This document shows positions 1 through 7,913 of a DNA stretch of 25,767 nt, in pieces. The notes under the pieces were generated by a model, which was given only the letters and a program-made list of their open reading frames with translations, ran no database searches and was not told where the DNA came from. Made by a program: the position numbers and the translations under genes. The stretch covers positions 1 through 25,767 of the IMG/VR virus record IMGVR_UViG_3300013026_000006, one strand, 5' to 3'. Each line of letters begins with the position of its first letter. Positions within the stretch are counted from its first letter, which is position 1. Origin of the DNA: a virus (Duplodnaviria > Caudoviricetes).

Positions 1-40
1 GTACATTTTTATTCACGTTAGGATGTAGAAAGGAGAGCGG

Positions 41-388
41 ATGAAAAAAATATGCGCAACGTGTGGAAAGTCATTCGAGACCACTTCCAACCGTGCAACT
101 TACTGTAGCGAAGAATGCCGAAAAATAGGTATTGCAGAAAAACAGAAACTCTTAATGCGGAAAAAGCGGAAAGAGGAAAAAGAACGTAAAGAAGCAGAGT
201 TAAAGACTAATGTCAAAAACTCTACTAAGCCTAAAAAAATACGTGATATTGAAAAATATTACCAAAAGAAAAAGCAAGAGCTTTTAGAAAACGAAAAGCA
301 ATTTGGATATGTTGGTAGGACATTAATCGAAGGAATAGATATCCACGATCCAGAATTTAAAAAACTAATAATGGAGAAAATCAAATGA
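41..388 (+). CDS. Hypothetical protein with N-terminal Cys4 zinc finger and basic coiled coil
   Basis: RBS AAGGAG; CATCG...YCSEEC motif; stop overlaps portal start (ATGA). Confidence 0.7.
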   Translation: MKKICATCGKSFETTSNRATYCSEECRKIGIAEKQKLLMRKKRKEEKERKEAELKTNVKNSTKPKKIRDIEKYYQKKKQELLENEKQFGYVGRTLIEGIDIHDPEFKKLIMEKIK

Positions 389-1620
389 AGCAAACCGGAA
401 TGAACTTCCTGCGTAGAAAGTTAGCTCTTTATAAAACGGGCGTTGAAAAACGCTATCGTTATTATGCAATGCAAGACGTTGACAACACAATGAGCATTGT
501 GATGCCTTACAACGTTAAAAGCGCCTATCGGTCAGTCTTGGAATGGACTACAAAAGGTGTAGATGCCTTAGCAGATAGAATTGTTTTCCGTGAATTTGGT
601 AACGATGATTTTAACGCAACAGAAATATTCAATGCAAACAATCCAGATATATTTTTTGATACTGCAATTCAATCTGCATTGATTGGTTCATGTGCATTCG
701 TTTATATTTCAAAAGTCGATGGCGAGTTGCCGCGTTTGCAAGTCATCGAAGCAAGTAAGGCGACTGGCATTTTAGATCCAACGACTTTCCTGTTAACCGA
801 AGGGTACGCAGTTTTAGAAACAGACCAGAATGACAATCCTATTTTGGAAGCGTATTTTACACCAACTGAAACATGGTACTATCCAAAAGATAGCGAACCT
901 TATAGTATTCCGAATCCAACGAATCAACCGCTATTAGTACCAATTATTCACAGGCCAGACGCAGTAAGACCATTCGGTCGTAGTCGAATCACACGGTCGG
1001 GAATGTATCAGCAAAAAGCCGCCAAACGTACTTTGGAACGTGCCGAAGCAACCGCAGAATTTTATTCGTTCCCACAAAAATACGTTTTAGGAACAAGCCA
1101 AGATGCCGAGGCATTAGATAAGTGGAAAGCGACAGTTTCAACCGTTTTAGAGATTACTAAAGACGATGACGGAGATAAGCCAGTTGTCGGGCAATTCGCT
1201 ACAGCGAGCATGGAACCATTTTACGGTCAGTTAAAAATGTATGCATCGTTATTCGCGGGTGGTTCTGGATTGACACTAGATGACCTTGGTTTTCCGTCTG
1301 ACAATCCATCGAGCGTTGAGGCTATCAAGGCAAGCCACGAGAACTTACGTGCATCTGCTAAAAAAGCGCAACGATCATTCGCAAGTGGATTTTTAAATGT
1401 TGCGTATATAGCAGTTTGTTTACGTGACAATCAACCATATGAACGCACAATGTTCATGAATACCAAAATCATTTGGGAACCATTGTTTGAAATTGACGGT
1501 GCTAGTCTTTCAACAATCGGAGACGGTCTAATTAAGATTTCTCAAGCGTATCCAGAATTAAACATTGGCGAAGTATTATTCCAGACAACAGGTATAAAGG
1601 ACGGTGGCATAGATGGTTGA
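385..1620 (+). CDS. Phage portal protein
   Basis: 411 aa; RPFGRSRI and EFYSFPQKY motifs typical of siphophage portals; first gene of head module. Confidence 0.88.
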   Translation: MKQTGMNFLRRKLALYKTGVEKRYRYYAMQDVDNTMSIVMPYNVKSAYRSVLEWTTKGVDALADRIVFREFGNDDFNATEIFNANNPDIFFDTAIQSALIGSCAFVYISKVDGELPRLQVIEASKATGILDPTTFLLTEGYAVLETDQNDNPILEAYFTPTETWYYPKDSEPYSIPNPTNQPLLVPIIHRPDAVRPFGRSRITRSGMYQQKAAKRTLERAEATAEFYSFPQKYVLGTSQDAEALDKWKATVSTVLEITKDDDGDKPVVGQFATASMEPFYGQLKMYASLFAGGSGLTLDDLGFPSDNPSSVEAIKASHENLRASAKKAQRSFASGFLNVAYIAVCLRDNQPYERTMFMNTKIIWEPLFEIDGASLSTIGDGLIKISQAYPELNIGEVLFQTTGIKDGGIDG

Positions 1621-2299
1621 TGATATTGTCCCAAAGTTGTTAGAAGATTTAAAAAAAGAATTTTTAAATAAGTACAAAGCCAATAAAAAAATACCAAAGT
1701 TGTTAGAGACCAAAAATCACGCTAACGCTTACCTATACGCTCAAGAGGTCGGGAACATTTTAGCAGATGTTTTTGATAGTAAATTATCCGCAAGCATTTT
1801 GCCAGATGGCAAGATGTTTTTTAATATCGGAGAAAGGATATTAAATGAAACGCTCGGAAATAATCACAAGTTGGTTACTGACTACGCAGTCGAATTGCAA
1901 ACCGCATTGAATAAAGAAGCTGGTATCGGCTTAAAACCCAAGAGGAATAAAATCAATCAAGATAAGGTTGATGGCTTAGTCAATCGATTATCTGCCGAAG
2001 ATAATTTTAATGAAGTCAAGTGGATTTTAAAAGACCCTATTGTCAATTTCTCACAGTCAGTCATTGATGATTTTATTATGACTAATGTCGATTTTCATGC
2101 AAAGGCTGGTTTAAAACCAAAACTAACTAGATATGTGGTTGGTAAATGTTGCAAGTGGTGTGAAGAACTTGCTGGAACTTACGACTATCCAGTCGATAAA
2201 ATCATTTATGCAAGACATGAAAATTGTGACTGTGTTGTCGAATACCACCCAAAAGACGGACGAGGGATTCAAAATTCACATACAAAAGGATGGAGGTAG
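1613..2299 (+). CDS. Minor head/capsid maturation protein
   Basis: Follows portal; C-terminal CCKWC...HENCDC motif. Confidence 0.75.
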   Translation: MVDDIVPKLLEDLKKEFLNKYKANKKIPKLLETKNHANAYLYAQEVGNILADVFDSKLSASILPDGKMFFNIGERILNETLGNNHKLVTDYAVELQTALNKEAGIGLKPKRNKINQDKVDGLVNRLSAEDNFNEVKWILKDPIVNFSQSVIDDFIMTNVDFHAKAGLKPKLTRYVVGKCCKWCEELAGTYDYPVDKIIYARHENCDCVVEYHPKDGRGIQNSHTKGWR

Positions 2300-2400
2300 C
2301 TACTTGATAATTTTGCAAATGCATTATTTTTAAGCGGAAGGAAGTGATCTAACATCTCCCAGCGATAGGGTTATCATGCAATAACGATTGGAAGGAAACA

Positions 2401-3816
2401 GTGATGGTCAAAACTAAAGAAAAACTTGGCAATCAACATCCCACTCAATCGGTAAACTTACATTGGACTAAAACACTAGCACCAGAAGCACTTGGTTATT
2501 ATGAAAAGACTGGACTTAAATACTACGACTGGCAAAAATATCTGCTAGAGGACATAATGGCTGTCAACGATGACGGTCTGTGGGTACATCAAAAATATGG
2601 TTACTCACTTCCTCGGCGTAACGGTAAAACAGAGGTTGTTTATCTTTTGGAATTGTGGGGATTGCATAACGGGCTAAATATGTTGCATACCGCACACAGA
2701 ATTAGCACATCGCATTCGTCATTTTTAAAGTTAAAAAAATACCTTGAAATGTCTGGCTATGTTGACGGCGAAGATTTCACTTCTAACAAAGCAAAAGGGC
2801 AAGAACGTATTGAATTTAAGGCAACAAGTGCCGTCATTCAATTCCGAACAAGAACATCGAACGGTGGACTTGGTGAAGGGTTTGACATGCTTGTAATTGA
2901 CGAGGCGCAAGAGTACACAGTCGAGCAAGAGACTGCTTTAAAATATACCGTTTCTGACAGTGACAACCCCATGACAATTATGCTAGGTACACCACCTACT
3001 GAAGTCTCAACTGGTACTGTCTTCGAAAATTATCGTAAAGATGTTTTAAAAGGCGATAAAAAGTATTCGGGTTGGGCAGAGTGGTCTGTGGATGCCATAA
3101 AGGATATTCACGACACCGATAGTTGGTATCTAACAAATCCATCAATGGGTTATCATTTAAACGAGCGTAAAATCGAAGCAGAGCTTGGCGAAAACGGACT
3201 TGACCACAATATTCAACGTCTAGGCTATTGGCCTACGTTCAATATGAAATCAGACATTTCTGAAAAAGATTGGTCTGCACTTGAAATTGAGGAAATACCA
3301 GAATTTAACAGTAAGCTTTTTGTTGCAGTTAAATACGGGCAAGACGGCAATAACGTTTCGATGTCAATCGCAGTCAGAACCAAAGACGAAAAAGTCTTTG
3401 TTGAAACAATTGACTGTGTATCAATCAGAAACGGTTCGCAATGGATAATCAATTTCTTGAAAAATGCAGATGTTGAAAAAGTCGTAGTCGATGGCGCAAA
3501 CGGTCAACGAATTCTTGAAGCTGAAATGAAAGAATTTAGACTTAAAGCTCCGATTCTTCCAACGGTTGCAGAGGTCATAACAGCCAATGCAATGTGGGAA
3601 CAGGCTATCGCTCAAGGAACATTAAGTCATAATAATCAGCCATCGCTAACTGCCGTTGCAACCAACTGTACAAAACGCAATATCGGTTCAAACGGTGGTT
3701 TTGGTTACAAGTCGCTTTTTGATGATAGGGATATTAGTCTAATGGATAGTGCATTGCTAGCGCACTGGCTTTGTGCAACAACTAAGCCTAAAAGAAAGCA
3801 AAGAATTAGTTATTAA
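2401..3816 (+). CDS. terL: Terminase large subunit
   Basis: Walker A PRRNGKT, Walker B LVIDEAQ, LGTPP coupling motif; RBS GGAAGGA; start is 2401 GTG or 2404 ATG. Confidence 0.92.
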   Translation: MMVKTKEKLGNQHPTQSVNLHWTKTLAPEALGYYEKTGLKYYDWQKYLLEDIMAVNDDGLWVHQKYGYSLPRRNGKTEVVYLLELWGLHNGLNMLHTAHRISTSHSSFLKLKKYLEMSGYVDGEDFTSNKAKGQERIEFKATSAVIQFRTRTSNGGLGEGFDMLVIDEAQEYTVEQETALKYTVSDSDNPMTIMLGTPPTEVSTGTVFENYRKDVLKGDKKYSGWAEWSVDAIKDIHDTDSWYLTNPSMGYHLNERKIEAELGENGLDHNIQRLGYWPTFNMKSDISEKDWSALEIEEIPEFNSKLFVAVKYGQDGNNVSMSIAVRTKDEKVFVETIDCVSIRNGSQWIINFLKNADVEKVVVDGANGQRILEAEMKEFRLKAPILPTVAEVITANAMWEQAIAQGTLSHNNQPSLTAVATNCTKRNIGSNGGFGYKSLFDDRDISLMDSALLAHWLCATTKPKRKQRISY

Positions 3817-3877
3817 GAGACCTTCTTAATACAAAAAATTACCGAACTGCAGGGCAAAGCAGGAGAAAGGACGTTAT

Positions 3878-4342
3878 ATGTCAGATTTTAAAATTATTGA
3901 AACCCAAGAAGAATTGGATGCAGTTATTAAAGCACGTTTATCTAGAGAACGTGAGAAATATGCAGACTATGAAGACTTAAAAAAACAATTGGCTGATTTT
4001 GAAGCTAAAGAAACAACTTACCAAAATACGATTAATGATTTAAAAACTAGAGAAACAGAGTTAAGCTCTCAGGTTGAATCATTAAATGGTGACTTAACTC
4101 AAACTAAATTACAAACCGCTAAGCAACGCATCGCAACCGAATATGGCTTGCCACTTGACTTAGCTGATAGACTTCAAGGTGATGATGAGGACAGTTTTAA
4201 AGCAGATGCTGAACGACTAGCAAGTTATTTGGCGCCAAAACAACCGACGCCACCTTTAAAATCAAATGAACCAACCATTTCTGACAAAAAAGAAGCAAGC
4301 TGGGCAGAAATGGCTCGAAACTTAACTAACAAAGGAGATTAA
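3878..4342 (+). CDS. Capsid scaffolding protein
   Basis: Acidic coiled coil (TQEELDAVIKARL...KYADYEDLK) directly upstream of capsid gene. Confidence 0.85.
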   Translation: MSDFKIIETQEELDAVIKARLSREREKYADYEDLKKQLADFEAKETTYQNTINDLKTRETELSSQVESLNGDLTQTKLQTAKQRIATEYGLPLDLADRLQGDDEDSFKADAERLASYLAPKQPTPPLKSNEPTISDKKEASWAEMARNLTNKGD

Positions 4343-4347
4343 AAAAC

Positions 4348-5253
4348 ATGGCAGACGCAATTAAAGCAGGAACACTATTTAAACCAGAATTAGTAACAGA
4401 AATCATGAGCAAAGTGCAAGGTCACTCTACACTTGCTAAGTTATCAACACAAACACCAATCCCGTTTAACGGAGTTGAGCAATTTATTTTTAATTTAGAC
4501 GGAAACGCTCAAATTGTTGGTGAAGGCGAACAAAAATTAGGATCAACAGCAACAGTAAAATCTAAAATCATTAAGCCAATGAAATTTGTTTATCAAGCAC
4601 GTATGACGGATGAATTTAAATATGCATCTGAAGAAAAACGTTTAAACTTCTTAAAACACTATGCAGATGGATTTGCTAAAAAAATGGCAGAAGCGTTTGA
4701 CATTGCAGCTATTCACGGTTTAGAACCTCGCACTCTTACTGATGCATCGTTCAAAGCTACTAACTCATTTGATGGAGTTGTTACTGAAAACGTAGTTAAA
4801 TACGACGCAGCTACAATTGACGATAATATTGATTCTGCAGTTAACACTATTGTGGTTAACGGAAATGAAGTAACTGGTATCGCTCTATCACCTCAAGCAG
4901 GACAAGACATGTCTAAAATTAAATTGGGCGCTGATAAATTACCAGCATATCCAGAATTCCGCTTTGGGCAACGTCCAGATAATTTCTTTAACATGAATCT
5001 AGACATGAACAAAACACTTACAGTAAAAGGCGGTACTGCTAAAACAGACCACGCTATTGTCGGTGACTTCCAAAGTAAATTTAAATGGGGATACGCAGAA
5101 AATATTCCACTTGAAATTATTGAATATGGTGATCCAGATGGTTCTGGTCGTGACCTTAAAGCGTACAATGAAATTTTACTACGTTCTGAAGCGTTCATCG
5201 GATGGGGCATCCTTGACGAAAAAGCATTCGCTCGTGTAGAAGTTCAAGATTAA
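4348..5253 (+). CDS. Major capsid protein
   Basis: 301 aa; strong RBS; IVGDF and C-terminal LRSEAFIGWGILD HK97-fold-like motifs. Confidence 0.9.
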   Translation: MADAIKAGTLFKPELVTEIMSKVQGHSTLAKLSTQTPIPFNGVEQFIFNLDGNAQIVGEGEQKLGSTATVKSKIIKPMKFVYQARMTDEFKYASEEKRLNFLKHYADGFAKKMAEAFDIAAIHGLEPRTLTDASFKATNSFDGVVTENVVKYDAATIDDNIDSAVNTIVVNGNEVTGIALSPQAGQDMSKIKLGADKLPAYPEFRFGQRPDNFFNMNLDMNKTLTVKGGTAKTDHAIVGDFQSKFKWGYAENIPLEIIEYGDPDGSGRDLKAYNEILLRSEAFIGWGILDEKAFARVEVQD

Positions 5254-5268
5254 TTTTAGGAGGAATTT

Positions 5269-5385
5269 ATGGCAATTTACAAAGATAAAAACACTGGGGC
5301 GGTAGTCGTAACAGATTCTGTCCTTTCTGGTGATTGGGAACTTGTAAAAGAGACAGTTAAGGAAAAGAAAGAAGAGGCTAAGTAG
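5269..5385 (+). CDS. Small head-module protein (38 aa, MAIYKDKNTG...)
   Basis: Translated by eye; strong RBS AGGAGG; fills the gap after the capsid gene. Confidence 0.75.
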   Translation: MAIYKDKNTGAVVVTDSVLSGDWELVKETVKEKKEEAK

Positions 5386-5402
5386 CCTCGAAATAGGAGG
5401 TT

Positions 5403-5825
5403 ATGATGGCTAATTTTGCAACAGTTGAAGATGTTTCGTTATTGTGGAGACCATTGACAACAGATGAAATGTTACGTGCAGAGGCGCTCTTGGCAGTCGT
5501 CTCTGACACGTTACGCTTGGAAGCTGAAAAAGTAGGTAAAGATTTAGACCAGTCATTTGCCGATAGCGTGTCTTACGCAAGTGTTTTAAAAGCTATTACA
5601 GTTGACATCATCGCTAGGACACTCATGACTCCAACCACAGGTCAACCAATGGTACAAGAAAGTCAATCGGCACTTGGCTATACTTGGTCTGGCACCTATC
5701 TGAGTCCTGGCGGTGGATTATTTATTAAAGATTCGGAACTCAAACGGTTAGGACTGAAACGACAAAAAATAGGGGGGATCAATATCTATGGGGAAGATAC
5801 ATGGAATACCAATTACCCTTATTGA
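5403..5825 (+). CDS. Head-tail connector/adaptor
   Basis: FATVEDV N-terminus, GGGLFIKDSELKRLGL; position after capsid. Confidence 0.8.
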   Translation: MMANFATVEDVSLLWRPLTTDEMLRAEALLAVVSDTLRLEAEKVGKDLDQSFADSVSYASVLKAITVDIIARTLMTPTTGQPMVQESQSALGYTWSGTYLSPGGGLFIKDSELKRLGLKRQKIGGINIYGEDTWNTNYPY

Positions 5826-6126
5826 TAAGCAAGTTATGTCAGTTGACCCATTTGGAGCACCAGTTGTAAAAGATGTTGAGATACTAGTTGATAATGTTTT
5901 AGTCGCTCCAGCCTTATCTGATGACGTCATTAATCAGCTGAATTTAACAGGAAAAAAAGCTGTGTACACTTTAGGAATTCCAAAAGGTGATACCCATGAT
6001 TGGGAAGACAAGGAAGTTGAATTCTTTGGTCAACGGTGGCGTACATTTGGTTTTGTGACAGAAGGCATTGATGATTTAATTCCATTGTCTTGGAACAAGA
6101 AAGTGATGGTGGAGCGCTATGGCTAA
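5788..6126 (+). CDS. Head closure (stopper) protein
   Basis: DPFGAP motif; synteny. Confidence 0.7.
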   Translation: MGKIHGIPITLIDKQVMSVDPFGAPVVKDVEILVDNVLVAPALSDDVINQLNLTGKKAVYTLGIPKGDTHDWEDKEVEFFGQRWRTFGFVTEGIDDLIPLSWNKKVMVERYG

Positions 6127-6355
6127 GTCTGGATTTAAACTGAATTATGCTGGCGTTGGTCAGCTTTTGAAGTCTGCTGAGATGCAAAAAGTTTTGGAAG
6201 AAAAAGCTACCGCAATCAAAAATCGTTGTGGAGATGGCTATGGTCAAGACACTTATGTCGGTAAAACTCGTGCTAATGCTATGGTTTACGCTGAAACTTT
6301 TGAAGCAAAAAGAGACAACATGAAAAACAATACCATTTTGAAGGCGGTGCGGTAG
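6119..6355 (+). CDS. Neck/tail completion protein
   Basis: Basic 78 aa; synteny. Confidence 0.65.
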   Translation: MAKSGFKLNYAGVGQLLKSAEMQKVLEEKATAIKNRCGDGYGQDTYVGKTRANAMVYAETFEAKRDNMKNNTILKAVR

Positions 6356-6691
6356 ATGATTGAACTGGTAATTAAAAATTACTTAGACGGTCACTTATCT
6401 GTGCCGTCTTTTTTAGAACGACCACAAAAATCTCCAGAAAGTTTTGTGCTTTTTGAAAAAACCAGCAGCGCTAAAAATAATTATTTACCATCTTCCACTT
6501 TTGCCTTTCAAAGCTATGCTCCTTCAATGTATGAAGCAGCTGTTTTAAATGAAGCAGTGAAAGAAACGGTTGAAGGAATGATTGAGCTAGATGAAATCAG
6601 TAAAATTAAGCTCAACAGCGATTATAACTACACAGATACAACAACTAAGGAATATCGCTATCAAGCGGTATTTGATATGAATCATTATTAA
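6356..6691 (+). CDS. Tail terminator protein
   Basis: YRYQAVF C-terminus; directly before major tail protein; start ATG probably 6357. Confidence 0.7.
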   Translation: MIELVIKNYLDGHLSVPSFLERPQKSPESFVLFEKTSSAKNNYLPSSTFAFQSYAPSMYEAAVLNEAVKETVEGMIELDEISKIKLNSDYNYTDTTTKEYRYQAVFDMNHY

Positions 6692-6703
6692 GGAGGAACA
6701 TAA

Positions 6704-7267
6704 ATGTCAGATGTAAAAAATGTAACCACAGCAAAACCTAAAGTTGGTGGAGCTGTCTATTCTGCACCATTAGATACAACATTACCAACAGATTCGATTA
6801 CTGCGTTAGATGCAGCATTTAAGCCATTAGGTTATATTTCAGAGGATGGCATAACTAATGCAAACTCGCCAGAAACAGATAATATCAAGGCCTGGGGCGG
6901 CGATATCGTTGCTGTTGTTCAAACAGAAAAAGCCGATACTTTCACTTATACTTTAATTGAGCCGTTAAATGTGGAAGTTTTAAAAGAAGTATATGGTTCT
7001 GCGAATGTTTCAGGTACTTTAGATACTGGTATTGCTATTAAAGCTAATGCAACTCCAGCAGAAGCACATGTTTTAGTAGCTGAAATGGTATTAAATGGTG
7101 GAGTGTTAAAACGTATTGTCATTCCTAATGGAAAAATTTCTGAAGTTGGAGAAATCGTCTATAAAGATGATGAAGTGAGTGGTTACGAAACAACTATTGC
7201 TGCTTTACCTGATGAAGATGCAAATACTCACTACGAATATATTAAAAAACCAGGAGCTAAAGCCTAA
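6704..7267 (+). CDS. Major tail protein
   Basis: LGYISEDG and IKAWGGD motifs; RBS AAGGAGG. Confidence 0.9.
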   Translation: MSDVKNVTTAKPKVGGAVYSAPLDTTLPTDSITALDAAFKPLGYISEDGITNANSPETDNIKAWGGDIVAVVQTEKADTFTYTLIEPLNVEVLKEVYGSANVSGTLDTGIAIKANATPAEAHVLVAEMVLNGGVLKRIVIPNGKISEVGEIVYKDDEVSGYETTIAALPDEDANTHYEYIKKPGAKA

Positions 7268-7533
7268 TGTCCAAAAAAATAAAAGGAAAAACACAATCTG
7301 GCTTTGCCTATGAAATTGAAGAAGCTCGATTAAATAATTACGAACTTTTAGAAACCATTGGGGAATTAGAAGATAATCCAATGGTCATTTCTAAAATGGT
7401 AATTATGCTCCTTGGAAAAGAGCAAACAAATAAATTAAAAGATCACCTCCGGGATGAAGAAGGTCTTGTCCCAGTTGATAAAATGACTGAAGAAATTACC
7501 GAAATTTTCCAATCTCAAGCGGTAAAAAAATAA
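7267..7533 (+). CDS. Tail assembly chaperone (G-like)
   Basis: Between MTP and TMP; ends GTA AAA AAA TAA slippery run. Confidence 0.8.
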   Translation: MSKKIKGKTQSGFAYEIEEARLNNYELLETIGELEDNPMVISKMVIMLLGKEQTNKLKDHLRDEEGLVPVDKMTEEITEIFQSQAVKK

Positions 7534-7913
7534 CGCTCCTTGCCAGAATGATAAAAACTGACGAGGATGCATTAATTTGTGACCTTGCAGAAACGTATCA
7601 TATTTTCGATTATCGACAGCTACCAGTAAATATGGTGGCTGTTTTTTCTTATGGTCTGAAAGATGATTCCAGAATAAAAATGATTATGAATGATCAAAAT
7701 ATTTCCTTGGAAAATCTGCTTTTAGCTGGTATCAGTGACAAAGTAGGCCTTTTATTGTGGATGAATTCTAAAGATGGTCAAAAGAATAAAAATCGTCCAG
7801 CGCCTCTGTTAGAACTTTTAACTGGTGGTGCGAAAAAATCAGATGATACAGTTGTATTTAATTCTGGTGAGGAATTTGAACGTAAACGTCAAGAATTGAT
7901 TGGAGGTGGTTAA
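7530..7913 (+). CDS. Tail assembly chaperone C-terminal (T-like) frame, probably reached by -1 frameshift
   Basis: -1 frame from 7530 (ATA ACG CTC CTT GCC AGA ATG) runs into ORF 7548..7913, which has no clear RBS. Confidence 0.75.
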   Translation: MTLLARMIKTDEDALICDLAETYHIFDYRQLPVNMVAVFSYGLKDDSRIKMIMNDQNISLENLLLAGISDKVGLLLWMNSKDGQKNKNRPAPLLELLTGGAKKSDDTVVFNSGEEFERKRQELIGGG

